64,000 nucleotides of DNA from Octopus vulgaris (lineage: Eukaryota), in the NCBI GenBank assembly GCA_951406725.2, contig OX597819.1:84196001-84260000 (forward strand). The letters are read 5' to 3'. Position 1 is the stretch's first letter, and every line of letters starts with the position of its first letter. Shown here in pieces: positions 15,001-30,000 of the stretch. The translations under genes and the position numbers were made by a program. The notes beneath the pieces are model-generated. The model did not search any database, had not been told where the DNA came from, and saw only the letters and a list, made by a program, of their open reading frames with translations.

Positions 15001-18000
15001 TATATCAATAACCCAGGATCTAGCTGTTATATCAGTAATCATTGATCCATTTATTATGTCAATAGCAAATGATTTACTTGTTATATCTATTGATCTACTT
15101 CTACTTCTAGCTTCAGTTAATATTAATCTAGGTATCAAACTTTTAGCTGATCCCATTATATAGTCAGTTAGAATGTCAACAGTATCCAGTGAACTTGCTA
15201 ATACTGTTAATAAGTCAGTAGCTGCTGATATAGTTGTTACACTAAGTGTTGTTTGTATATCATATACTTTATAACGAGGTCTTTCCCCTCTCAACTTTGT
15301 TATGCTAGTTGATGTCACATGTTTTTTGCCTAAGAATTTTGTGATTTGCCTTGTTTGTAAAATAGATCCTTGTGAAAGATTGGAAAATATTTCTGCAGTA
15401 GACGTGCATGTAGATATTTCTGAAAGCTCTTCAGCTGTTGAATGAAATAATACTCTTTTATCGCCTAAGGTGACCACACTCAGTGGTTCTTGATGAAATT
15501 TTGTAATACTTGGCACATCTATAAACTCATCACCTGTAGTTTCCTCTGAAATGCTTCTATTGAAAGGTGTTAGCACCCTAGATACATTATATATCATTTC
15601 AGTTTCAGACTCTGAAAATGTTAGTGGTATTACAGTATTTATTATCAAGCTTATGACACTACCTAGAACAAATGGTTTTGGTGGTTCTGTAGTGATGGAT
15701 GTTGTAAGTTTAGCTGAAGTAAGTCTTATAAAACTTTTGCTAAAAGTTGGTAAAACAGATAATTTAGTGATTTGCAGCATATCTTTTCCCTGAACCAGTT
15801 CACTTTTTGAGATGTTTATGCTTCTCATAGCAGTCACTACAATAGGTTTACTATAGCCACTTTCAATAGATATCATTTCATAAGGATGATATTTAGATGG
15901 TGTCATTTGGATCATAGTAATATTAAATACTTTTCTTTTATCTGGATAATAGTGAGATAATATTCTGAGTGTAGAAATATCAGGAGATGATGAAAATAAT
16001 ACCATTTGAATTGTTGTGGTATCGATTATTTTCATTTCATCTGAATAATATTGGAAAGGCATGATTTGAACCATTGTCATACCGAGTGTTTTCTTTTTTA
16101 AAATCAATGGTACTGTTGTGTTAAAAGTTTCCATTGATTTAAGAAGTAGAAGCTTGGTCTGGGATATATTGTATTCATCTAAATAGGAAACATTTTCATG
16201 ACCTATTATGTCTGTAGTTTCCAGAATTGCATGAAATAAGTCTGTTGACATAGTAGTGTCTGCTGATTGGATACTTTTCACAGTAACATTGCTTAGTGGT
16301 TGATAAATTTTGGTTGACCATAATTCTGGAAATATTTTCGATAACATTTCAGAACTTGTTGTTTCGGAATATTGAGCAAGGATTGGAAATGATGTTGATA
16401 AAGTCTCTATCTGAATTTGTAGAAAACCATCTTGGATTGTTGACTTTTTCAAGGTAGTGTCATTTATTTTGAATGTATCTTGATGTTGTTTAGTAGTTGA
16501 TAAACCAGCAAATAATACACTATAAGTCCTATTTTCTGAGGAAAAATTTTGAAAAATTTGCTTTGAAAAATGTTGAAGTTTAAAATGTTTTTTAGAAACA
16601 CTAATATGTGATATTTCTGCAGAGACACTTGAGATAATTGTGGTACTTTCGTCTTGCACTTCAGTAATATTATCACTAACCTTACTTTCCATTTTACTAA
16701 CTACAAAGGTTTTAATTGATTGAGCAGTAGGAATTCCAAATTGAATGTATTCTTCAGCAATTGTTACATCCCCCAGTTTGAGCTCCTTGACTAATTTTCC
16801 TAATACTGCTGTACCATCTCTCGTAGAAGTTTTAGCAACTGAAGCTACAGAAGATATTATTTTGTAACTCAATGCTCTTTGGGTTGGATATGATGAGCTT
16901 ACTATATGAATCTTAGAGATTTCCATTGTTTCTTGAGGTTTTTTGGTTATATAGAAACGTGTTGTCATATCAATCAAAGAACTTATTTTTAATGAGGTAC
17001 TAGTCGTTTTACGCTGAAAAACTTGTGCCATAGACCCCTTTGTTGTAATATCTGTTTGCACAGTTTTCTGAGTAAGTGGAGCAATATATTTCTCTGTAAT
17101 AAAACTAGAAGCTGTATGCAAACTGTCATAGGTTAATATTATATCACTCTTTAAACTAGCTGTTGTTACATTAACATGAAGAACAGGAGATATTGAGTAC
17201 ACTGGAAATATATTGATAGTAGTAGAAATATAACCTAGTGTTCCTGATGTTGGAAAGAATTCAGTAGACTCAATTCTTGACTGATGTACAGGAATTATTG
17301 TTGACTCTGTAATGCTTAAATAAACTGTGTGTGAAGGACTTGTTGATGCTCTTACTGGTAACAGATATTTTATACTCATTTTAATATCGTCTTTTAGAAA
17401 TGTTTCTGCAACATCAGTTACTATTGTGCTTTTACTTATAAATTTTTCTGTGTAATTAACCAATGTTCCTATAGACAATAATAATTTATCTTGTGTAATG
17501 CTATCAATGAATACAGCAGCAAACATTTTACTTGTTTTTGGCTCTGCTATAGATGGTATCACTGTTACACTTGTACCTGTTGTTGACTTTAGTATTACTA
17601 ATGAAGACATGACATCTGATATTTTATCAAAGCTTAATGCTTTTGTCATGTGAGGAATTACCAAGGATAGAGAAGAGTCATTAATATGAAAATATTTCAT
17701 ATCTAAATGACTGGAATCTATTTTTGATGTTTCAGATAATCTGTATATTACATCTTTTGCTGTAAGTTTTTCAGATATCATTGAATGAGAATACTGACTT
17801 GGAGTTATTAGGTCTTTTATAATTTTTGCCTCTGTGGTTAGTCTTGGATATATTTTTGTTATGATACTATCAAATATACTTTCAGATGTTAGATTTCTAT
17901 ATTGAAGTAAAAATAATGAGTGTGTCGTAATGCCAGTGTGTAGTATCAAATGTCTATCAGTTTTTACATATTTTTCAATATCTTTATCTTCCATTTTACT

Positions 18001-21000
18001 GATGAGTTTCAAGTCAAAACTTGTTTCATTCTTTATTTTATAATCTGTTGCAAGTACCAGCTGTTTGGTATCAGTTGGTAAGTGTGAAACTGTAGAGACT
18101 TTTATTATTTCATAAAATCTTTTATCAAGGAACATGTCTTTACTGATAGGCTCTGTTTTCACAGATTTTGTAACATAACCATATAGCAAAACATCGTCTG
18201 TTTTTCTGATAAACTGCTTGCTTTCCATAGTCATTTCTTTTTTACTTTCTGAACTTAATTCTTTGCTTGTTGATAATAATTTCAGTTCATTAAATATACC
18301 TGTATGAGCACTATCATCATAAGTCAATCTAGTTTCTTGTCTAATAGTTTTTATTTTTTCCGTTGTCAAACTTTCATAGGTTGTGATTTCCACCTTCTCA
18401 AATATTAAACTCACACTATCTCCTTGAATTTTATAGTAATTAGTAACACTTAATGTTTGTATTCCTTGTTCATATTTTGATATTTCATATGTTATTGTAT
18501 TAGTAGCTAATTCTATTAATCTTTTTGATATAATTGTTGAATCATCTTGAGTTAAGTGTATTGTCTTGACACTACTTAATAATGTTTGTTTGATGCTAAC
18601 AGTAGTTCTTGCTGGCAGTTTATATCCAAGATAAACGGCCTTCATAGTAATATCCCTTTCCAAAGCCTTAATTTTCCCACTAGAGTGAATCGTTAAATTC
18701 CCATGCAAAGTAGCATTTGGTGTTGTTACAATCAGGCTAACATTTGAAGCAAACTCTATAATTATAGTTTCCATATAATCTCTAAAGCCTGGAGTTGCAG
18801 CCATCCACAATACATCTTTTGTAAATGATTTGGGGTGCAGGCTGGAGGGTGATGACATATCTGTTACTGTTTTCTTACCTAAATCCGTTTGGAATGTACA
18901 TAGAGATGTGTTTTGCATCTGGTAATCAACATCAACAAGAGTAAAGGATTTTAACTGATAATCTTTTATTTCTGCTTTCAGATGTCTATATGATATACTG
19001 GCAATTTCAGGTGTAGTAGCATTTAAAATCTCAAAATAACTAAGATTTTTCATTGGTATGGTAACATCAGTTATATCTGGGGTGGTCAGGCTATATCTAA
19101 ATATTATTTTAGGCATTTTGTCAAAAACTATATCTTTGTGTATTTCTGTTGACTTCAACATTCCAATTTTTGTTTTCATAGTTGATTCATAATCGAGCTT
19201 AATCTTCATTCTTTCAAGGTCTGTGACTTTTTCTGCCTTTTTCCACCACAGACGGAAACTTGTCCTAAACAATGGACTCTCAGACATTCTGGCATATCTA
19301 GCACTAACAGTTATATTTGGAAAATATGAAATACTAAAGTCATCATATAATATTTTATCAGAGGGAACACCTATTCTCTGAATAATTCCTGTGACATAAT
19401 TTGTTGTTGATATTTGGGCCTCAGTCACCATAAATGCTTTCCAAGACTTAACAGATATTTGTTTTGATTTTTCCATAGATTGACTGGAAATTACTGTTTT
19501 TATTGGTCTTTTGGTAAACAGACTTGATATTACTGCTTCTGTAACTACTTTCATAGACTGACTAAGACTAGAAGTTTTTATTGGTACTTTTATTATTGTA
19601 ATAGCAGTCGCTGTTTCTATTGATATTTTGATAGATTGGCTCAGAAATGTGCTATCTATTGGTACTATGCTCGACTGACTGGGAACCACAAACTGAATAT
19701 CAGTAACAAGAAAAGATTGTTGACTGTCAGTTTGTCTATCACTCAGCACATGTTCAGTTACAAATCCCTTTGCTATAAGCTTAATATATCTGTCTGAACT
19801 TGCACCTCTACTTGATTGAGTTAGGAGTACATCTGAATGACTTTTGAACTCTATCATAGGATTAGTCACTGTGTTAAACAATTTCATGAATTCCTTTGTT
19901 TGTTTCCTTATAATTTGGAAATCTAATGTTACAATAATACTGGAAGACTCTGTTAACATTTCATATGAACTGTCACCTTTTGATATAAGTATTTCTTTAA
20001 TCATTTTTTGGTACTCTTCTTGCTGACTTGTCGTTTTTAGATCAGTTAGTTGGGCTTCAACACAGCTAGAATCTTTACTGTCCCATAAGCATATATCTCT
20101 GCTCTTTGATAAATCTTTAAAGTATGTGTATGATATTTTTTGGCTTGTTATATCTATTGTACTGATTTTAAATGGTTTAGTAGATGTGTATGGATAATCA
20201 GTTACAGTATGTCTCTGGAAAATACTGGTAGTAGTTTCAACCATAATTTGTGTTGTATACAGATCAAATAGTATAGTACCATACTTTAAGAGAGTAGAAG
20301 TTACAGGATGAAATATATCAATAGAATATGATGATGCCATATGGGTAGAGTCTGCAGAGCCAGTATAAATATATCCCTCTATAATTGTTTTATTCAAGTA
20401 AATATATCTTTTTCTAGTGGAAGTTTCATCAAAATCTACTTGAAAATCCTGATCATCACTTGTTGTTTCATATTGAATTGTTTGAGTCAAATCTTGAAAC
20501 AAAATATGTCTGAAGTCAGTAGTAATTTGTGAGGACTTTTCAGTTGAAGTACTTGCCAGTATTTTAGTTTCATTTCTGGTTGTATACTTATATTTTTCTG
20601 ACAGTCTCTCTGTGGGAATCTTTGAAAAAACTGTAAAATGTGCAGTCATTTTTTTAATTGGTACAGCTAATGATTTAGTATCAATATCTGTGGTAAATGG
20701 AGTCTCCCTTTTAAGAGTGAGCATTTCTGAGAGTTTTTGAACATGTGTCAATCTTGATGGTATCTCAGTACTTGTATGTCTCACAGTACATTGAACAGTA
20801 GGAGTTGATACACTGTCTTTATCTATGATAGGAACAGTCATAGAAGGAAAAGATAATGAACCTTCTAAGTAATTTGAAGATCTTAATTCTATGACTGTCT
20901 TTGTTCTGTTATCAACTTTTCCATATGGAATTACTGGTTGTGTGAGATATTCACCTTTAGCACTTGTGTTTGGAAAAGTCATTACAATTACATTTGTCAT

Positions 21001-24000
21001 ATTATCCAATCCTTTTTCCACCAAAATATCTTTAGCTATATAGATTATTGTGTAAACCTCTGAAGAAATTTGAGTCATTGACAGTGTTGCTGTAATGTAA
21101 TCTCTTTCTCTTTTTGTTATTTCTGTTAGTGAAAGCAAAGAAATATCAGTGACTACAGAACTGCTTAAAAAATAGTCATATATTGGAACCTGTGTTATAA
21201 TCATAAGCGAGTCTCTAGCATCAGTGACCGTTACCAAATGCTCAGAAATGAAAAACTGTTTTCTGTGGTAACTAACAGCAGTCATGTCTTTGATTGTGCT
21301 TCTGTCAAGAGATGTAAATACTATAAAAGGAGTAGTTGTATTTATTAAACCTTCAGGCAATGATAGGAAAGTAGAAGATTCCTTGGAAAATAATTCTGTA
21401 AATTCTTTCATTTTTAGCCCATCAAATAAGACCCCAACAGTGAATGTTGCCATAAACATATTGATTTGAAATTCATCAAAATCTCCAGGCATTGTTTCTG
21501 TAGCATTATGTATTTGAAGTATTTTAGTAACCTTTGTAGTGACTGTGGAAATTTCTTTGAATAAATTACTAGAAACAGTTTTATTAAATCTGTGCACACT
21601 GTAAGGAGAATATGGATAGCTACCAGTACTTTTGCTTGTTGTTACATTTGTTTTATGAGTGGTAATGGTTATCACAAGGCTAATGATACTTTTCATTGTG
21701 TCATAGCCATCAGTTACTTCCCTAGTAGTAGTTGTGGTAACCCAGTTGGATGTCTTGCCCCATGACATAGTTTTTAATGTTTCATCAAACACTTGAAATA
21801 TTATTCCTGTGGTTATTGCTATATCAGAATAACCAGTTGTTATTTGTAATGTCAGTAATTGTTGACCATTGATATCATATATTTGATCCCCAGTATCACT
21901 TTCTATCAAATGCTGTAATGTCTGAGGTGAAAAATAAACAGATGTTTCCTTGATGGCTAATGATATAGTTCTTGATATTAGAAGAGGAATTGTTGGAGAA
22001 GACTGTGCAGATTGCCTTGTAAGGGCCACAGTTTGTGATCTAGCTTGCTTTAATAAAGTAGTGGTGGTTGATGTTAATTGTACTTTAAAGAAACTAAATT
22101 GTGGTGTTTTCGATTGTTTAGTTAGTGGTCTAGTCCATTGTATAGGAAGCTTAGTTGGTGACATAGATTGTGTTATATGAGGAGTCATAGTTGGAGATTT
22201 AGGCTGTATTGTAGGTGGTATAATTACTGATATAAATTCTGTGGAGTGAATCATCGTTGAAGATATAGTTAATCTTTCAGTTGATGATATTCTTTGAATT
22301 ATATATGCTGTAGATAATGGGAGAATCTTAATTTTAGGTATGATACTTAATGTCGACTGTATTAAAGAAGTGATATTTGGTGATGTAGTACATGTTATGT
22401 GAGTCATATTTAGTAGTAGTGACAGTGGTGTAATATATGTTTTGTTGGTTACACTTGATGAAATCAGTGTTATAGAGCTTACAGTCAGTGGATCAATTTT
22501 TATTGTAGAATTCATAACTGATGATGTAGACTGTGTTTCATAGGTTATCATTGGTGATTTATACTGAGTTGATAGAATTGTAATTATATTTGATTGTGTT
22601 TTGGCCTGCAGAAAAAGAAACTTGGTAGGAGATGCAGATTGTGCTACAGAAGTCATAGTTGTCACTGTAAACCATGATCTGAGGATCATAGTTGGAGATG
22701 TAGGAAGTGTTATAGTTGGAAGTGTTGTTTCTATTTTAGGGGTCACAGAAGATAATGAAAATTCTGTTTTAACTGCCATACTTAATGGTCTATATTGTAT
22801 TATAGATGTCACAGCTGATGTAATCTGTATTACATTGCTATCAGTTTCATCAGCTACAGTAAAAAATTTGAATGTTTCAATAGAATATTTAGTAATCTTT
22901 TCATCGGGCATATGAGTTGTTTCTCTTGAGATTTCTAGATATTCTTGTTTCTTTTTCATCATCCACATTGAACTAAATCCTTGGGTTTGATGCCGATCTG
23001 TCATAGAATGAAGTAATTGTAGTTGAAATGTATCAGATGGAGTAACAATTACTTTACTCTTTTCATCTGGTGTAGATAAACTTTTGAATTTCAACCCATC
23101 GATTGATGGTCTGATTGGTTTTGCAACCTTTGTTGAAACATTTAAAACATCAAACCATGCCCTTTGAGTTGCATATTTTATTCCAGCCATTTCTTTACTG
23201 TAGTGTATTTCACTCCTATTCACTTTTTTAACAGACCCTGTTACAAAACTTAATTCAAAGCTTCTGTATTGAGTTCTTTCAACCTCAAAGCTTGATGTTG
23301 TTTGACTTTCAAAAGACATACTACTTAGAGATAAAGTAAAGTTATACTTTTCATGTGATATATTAAAAAAAGAAACAGCAATTTCAGGTTTTTCTGTAAT
23401 TACTACTCTTGGTGTTATTTTCTTGATTTTGGTAGGTGAAGTTAGAAGAAAGTCACTTAAAATCTCCATTCTTGAAAATTTCATTTTTCTCTCAGTCTCC
23501 ATTTCTAGAATCATGGTAGTTCCTTTAATATACTGTTGAAAAGATAATGATCTAGTAGAACTTTCTGGAAGTAGTTTGCTAGTTGTTATGATATAGTTTA
23601 GATTAGATTCATTAAACTGACCAATACTGTCAACTGATACAAAAATTTCTTCTGAAGGAGCAGAAGTGTTTGTAAATAAAGACAATAGAAGTTCTTTAGC
23701 AGTTGTATTCATTAGAAGTGGATCAGGAATAGAAGTTAAACCTGATTTAGCAGTGATTATTACATCAAAAGATTGAAACACATCAACTCTTTGGCTCAAA
23801 ATAAGTATGCCATCTGCCACAGATTGACCTTGAATTGGTTTTGAAAATGTTTCATATGTAAGTGTCTTAGTGAAATCCTCTTCAGCAAAAGATTTTTGAA
23901 TTGTTTCAATTGTTGTATGAACCAGCAGTTCACTGGCATAACTCTGAAACCTACTTAATGAAGATACATCAATTAAATAACTCGAAACTGTTTGTTTAGT

Positions 24001-27000
24001 TAATCCACTACTGTCTTCAATAGGTGTAATAGCTATCTCTTTGGTCAATATGTCTTTGTGTGTTTTAAATTTCATAAAGTCATCGCTCAATAATTCTGTT
24101 TGCATTAAAGATGAATCTATACTTAGGAATGGTTGTCTACTTGTGTATTTATCTCTTACTGTTGGAAATGTTATTGATGAATGTGTGCTAGTGGTTGGGC
24201 TGGTCATTATAATAGGTATTGCTGCTGTGGTGTAGCTATCTGTCATATCTCTAATTGTTGACTGCAATTTCTGGAATGTATACTTAATAGTAGTTGGTTT
24301 AAAATCTTTTGATAAAAAATATATGTTGAGGATAGAAGTCTGATGTGTTATAACTGTAGTTAGTTTAATATCTGTTGTCAATGCAGAAAAATATGTATCA
24401 ACAGTTGGTTTGTATGAAATTGCAAACACTTTCTTTAGTTCGTCCAGCTCACTGCTTTTTTTGGTTTGTGTGTGTAGAGCACGAAATAGTGAATGTGTAG
24501 CTATACTCTGCTTCTGAGTGAGACCAGGCTGACTTTCTAATAACTGTATCTCTGTAGTGAGTTGGGGTTTGAGAGAAAAGAATATTGTATAGGGATACGT
24601 TTCTAAGCTGTCTAAATACCTAAAATCAAACTTTGTTGAAAAAGTTATAAGTATTTTTGATGGAAGATGTCTTTTAATAGATTGTTTATGTATCTTTTCT
24701 CTATATTTTGTTGAAATTTCTTTATATGTTTGTAATGGAAATGTCATCTTGCTTCTCATTTCCCATGAAGCATCTTGTGGTACTCCAACTGATAGTTTTT
24801 CAGTTAAATTGAAAAAATAAGAAACAGTTGTAGTAGTTTCTGTTAATTGTGGGAAATATTTTTGAATAGAAACAAATTTATCAACAACTTTACCTGGTAA
24901 ATGAAATTTATCAGTAGTGTCTTGAAATATTTCCTTAACAGTAGAAGCAACGGAAATTTCAAATGTTTTTGAAACATTTTTTGGTTTCATTAAAGAAAAT
25001 ACTGTTGTTTTAAAAGGTGTATGCTTTATTTTCATTGAAGTTTTCTCAGGAAAAATAAATTGACTCTTTGAAACCTCTTTCAGTGGAGGAAATGGGATTG
25101 TAAAAGTTTTTGGTTTTGACAACTTTTGTCTTGAAACATATGTAAAATTACTGCTCACCAAAATACTAAGTTCTTTCACTGGAGTTGTAATTTCTAAACT
25201 GGAAATGATTTCGGGAACTTCTGAAATTGTATTTGATAGTAATTGAACCCATATGAACTCACTTGAATATGTCGTGTTTGTTGGAAAAATACTAATTTCC
25301 TCTGGAGCAGAATATGTTTCCTTAATCTTCAAGGTACTTATTGGTATTATAGAAATAGTTTCTGTGCTAATGTTAGTCACATAACTATCAATAATATCAA
25401 TTTGTTTGGGATAAATAGTTGCTGTTCGAGAGTATGTGAAGCTTTGTTTACTAGTTTCAGATGTTATGAATCCTAATATGAATGTTTTGATTTCAGGTGC
25501 AGAAGAATCTATTTTTCCCCCAACAGATGTAATGTTGCTTATTGTTTTATTTAGTACACCTGTCAAATTTGTAGAGATAACAAATATCTTGGTATGCGTA
25601 CTTCGTTGCCACTCAAATGTTTCTGTAGTATTTATCAAATAAGGATCCACAGTTGTCATTTGAATATTAAAATCCTTTGTTAAAAGCATTGAGATATCAG
25701 ATTGATATAATGAGAAAGTATTTCTACTTGCCATTATTTTTACTGTGCTTTGATTTTTTGCAAATATTGTTTCAAAGCCTGGCAATGTTTTCTGAATTTC
25801 TCTCTTTCCATAAGATTCACTGGTATAAACAGAATACAGTTTTGATATATTTGATGTTATTAATGTTTGTTGGAATACTAATTCATGACTACTTCTTCCT
25901 ACTGTTATTGTTTCATTTTTCTGTTTGGTTTTATAAAGTGTTGTGGTATCCATCAAATTTGTAGTGTTCAATGAAGCTGGTGACTGAAATTTAGGAATAT
26001 GAATGTATTTAATTTCATCAGGACTTGTAGCATTCAAACTTGGTGTTTCTTTAAAAATGGTTTCTTTTGTTGTTTCTGGGCTTACTGTATAATCCCTAAA
26101 TAAATGGGTAGCTATCTGTGATACATTTTTTCCATATACTGTGTATTTCCCCAAATCCTGTTTAACAAAAGTAGAATTGTATGTCACAAGGTCTGTTATC
26201 ATTTGGGTTGCTGTCTCCATTATAAAACTAGTTGGCTTAGAGCCTCTGGTATTATCCAGGCTTCCAATACCAAGAGTGTCCAAAGGACTCTCTTCAATTG
26301 ATGTGTTCATTCCTACAACATTTAATGTTAAGGCCGTGCTGAAAAAAGAAAATAATGTTGAATAACCAAGAGAATCATTTTTATGACCAAAATCTAAGAA
26401 AATATCTTTTATGAGTGTTTTATCAGTAAGAAAAGGTTTCAATGTAACAGATTTTGTTTTCCTATCTGACACGGTTTCTGTATGCATTATTTTAGTTTGT
26501 ATAATATGTGTCAAAAAATAATCAGGTATTTGTTGACTTTTTGTTAGATATGCTTCAGTTTCTACAGCAATTGTTGATATTACATATATCTCCTTTATTT
26601 GTTTTAAAGATAGTACTGAAGGAAGAGTTTGGACAAGTTCCATTTCTGACTGTTGTGGCATAGAAATTTCATCTGAAATGTTTGGTTTTATTGTTCTCAT
26701 TGATTCAATAAGGAGGTCTGTAATGTTTACCCATGAAACATTTGTTTTTTCTTCACTCAATTTGTAAATTGGTTTCATTGTAATATAATTTATAAAACTG
26801 TATGTAATTTTAGTTGCATTTGCATATGTAAAAGACTTTGATTCAATAAGATAGTTTGTTAAAATAGAATAGGATAAATTTGTAAATGTAACATATGTTG
26901 ATGTTTCCTTACTTGTTTCTGGAATAATTTTAGTTTCAATTAATTTATACATATCACCTGATTCTAAAGTTGAAGTCCCAAATATTTCACTCTTTTTAGT

Positions 27001-30000
27001 AGTACCAGTATGATTAAAAAGGCATGACTTTATTGTATATGTTGTTTGATAAAAGATCGTTGGAATACTTTCTAAACACTTGGTCCTAACTTCTGGTGCT
27101 TTGCTTTCTTCTTTCACTACTGTACTGGCTCTTGATACATTTTCTTGCTTTAAATCTAAAACAGAAATTGTTTTTGTGTGTATGGTCTTACTATCTTCAA
27201 ATTTAAATTCCTTTTGTTTTGTGAAGACTGCTGAAGTCAAACTATACCTTTTGGTAATGGGTGACCCAGAAATATACTTAGGAGAAACGTTAAAACCAAT
27301 CGTGTACTCTTCCTCCTCTAAATTATCCGACTTTTGTATCTTATATGTCTTATTTGAAATAGTATACACAAAGTGTGAAAAAAATATAGGCTTGGTTATA
27401 ATTTTTCCTGTAACTTCAGATGATCCTGAATCTGTAATATACATTTTTACTGTAACTTCTGATTGAAAAGGAGCATAAACATGTGAAACTTCCTTGCTGC
27501 TAAGATATTTTGATAAAGTTCTTTGGGGAAAAAAATTTTTTGTTTCATTTATTGAGTAGAATGAAGTTTGGAGCAGTTGACTAGCATCTATTTCAGAGAT
27601 AAAATATTTTGAAAATTTAACGTCTGGAATTTTGGTAAAATCCTTGATGTCATCACTGGAAATCAACTTAGGTATATTTGAAGTAGTTTCATAAAAAGAT
27701 AGTGTCACAGTGTATTGCATTAAATGGAAATCTGTAAATCTGGAAGTTTTTACAGGAATTTGTAAATAAATTTCTTTTGAAAAACTTAAATTTTGAAAAT
27801 CTAACAGTTCAAAGCTGGTAAAAGATTTTTGTGTTCCCTCTCGTAAATTTACCAATGCTGTTGTATCTGTTGACATTTTATCACGTCTTGTTAATGAAGT
27901 GTGTTCTATGAATGAGTCATTGGTTGTAGATATTAAATATTCAGAGAAAATTACAGATGATGTGGCATTCAGTTTTTGCTTTTCTTGTGAAATAAATAAG
28001 TCTGATTTCGGCAACAGATGTATTTTAGTACAGGGTTCAATTTTATACTTATAATAGAAAACTTTTGACTCATTAGTTTCAACAGCAAATGGCAATGTTA
28101 CTGTAATATGACTGTAATCATATGTCAGCTTTCCCTCTGTTGTAAATTTTGGTGATATTAAAGAAGTGTCTACAGACGTTTTCATTCTCCCTACTTTATC
28201 AGTATTTGTTCTCTCAATATGATGTCTGAATGTTACTGTTGGACGCATGGTTGGATATTCTGTTCTTTCCTCAACTATTAAAGATCTGGAAGTTCTGCTC
28301 TCATCAACAATACCTTTAACCTGAGTTATTAATATTGGAAAATACTCAAATGGAAAGGTTTTATATGTTTCTATTTCATGTATAGTAAGTTCATTTGTTG
28401 TATTCATTAAAACTGATGCAAACTGAATTAGAGAAATTGTAACTGGGATAGTTTCATCCATATAAATAGAGTATGCATGTTGACTTCTTTCATCTGCTGA
28501 TTTAAAAAATGGTCTGCTGTAAGGGGAAATGTAACCATGTGAAACATCAAAGAAAGTTATAGACTGGGTTGAGAGTCTATCTATTATGGTGTCTGTGGCC
28601 ATTTTAGTATGTTTCAAAATGAAATGAGTGAACTTGTGTTCATCTTTCTTCGTAGTTATTGTGTCATGGAGATAAAATGATGTATTCTTCATCAAAATTA
28701 TACTTACTGGAGAACTCTCAAGATAACTGGGCAATATTCTTACCATATATGTTGATATATTTACTGGGGGAACAAGAGTACCAGGCATTCTACTTTCCAC
28801 TTGTGCCATGCCTATCAAATTATTCCATTCAGTTCTATAAGAGAGAACTGTATAATCCTTTGCGTCTGAGATCCAAGCTTCTGTTGTTATATTCTTGCTA
28901 TCTATGTGTATCATTGATTGTTTAGACACCAAGACAATTGGACTCATTGACTGGCTAAACATCAAACTAGTAGAAATAATATTATAATTAAAGAAAACAG
29001 GTGTGATACTGTGATTGATGGACATTGTTGTTATAGGAATGATACTATGATTAAATGACAAATCTGTTATGGGTATTTTACTATGATTAAATAAAACAGT
29101 TGTTTCAGGAAACATACTATGATTATATAATACATGTTTTTTAGAGAAAAAGCTCTGAACAAATGAAATATCTAACAGAGGAAATGATGTACTTTGTTTA
29201 AATAACATGGCTCTTGTAGGAATAATACTAAGTTTAATTAATCTGGTTTCTATTGGAAAAACACTAAAGTTAACTGGAGTGATTGTTACAGGAACAATAC
29301 TATGGTAATATGATATATTTGCTCCAAGTAAAAGTGTATCATTAAAGGAAATTGTTGTATTAGTACTGTGTTTAAATATTACCATCATTTTTGAATCAAT
29401 ACTATAGTTAAAAGGTATGGTTGTTATTAGATCAGTACTATAGTTATATGGCACAATTATTTTTGAATCGGTACTATGGAAAAAAAGCATATTTGTCATA
29501 GAAAAAATAGTATAGTTATGTAAAGATGTTATTGGAAGAACACTGTAGCTAAATGTTACAGGTGTAGGAACAATACTATGATTATATGATATGGTTGTTA
29601 ATGAATCAGTATCATGATAATATGATAAAGTTGGTGTAAGAAAAATGCTATAGTCAAATGAGAAGGTTGATATAGGAATAATACTTTGATAAATGAATGT
29701 AGTGAAAAGAGTATGGTTAAACAATTTAGTTATTACTGGAAATGAACTGTGGTTAAATGATGTAATCATAGGAGCACTACTTTGGTTTAATAATGTTTCG
29801 TGGAAAGAGCTAAGAGTAAATTCTGTAGTAGAAATATGGAAAATACTATGGTTTAAAAACATACTAGTTACAGGAATAATACTAAGGTTAAATGTTACAG
29901 TTGATTTGGGAAGAATAGTGTGATTAAAATATGTATCTGTTATAGAAGTACTATCGTCAAGAAAAATAGTTATAGATAGAGAAATACTATGGGTGGCTGA

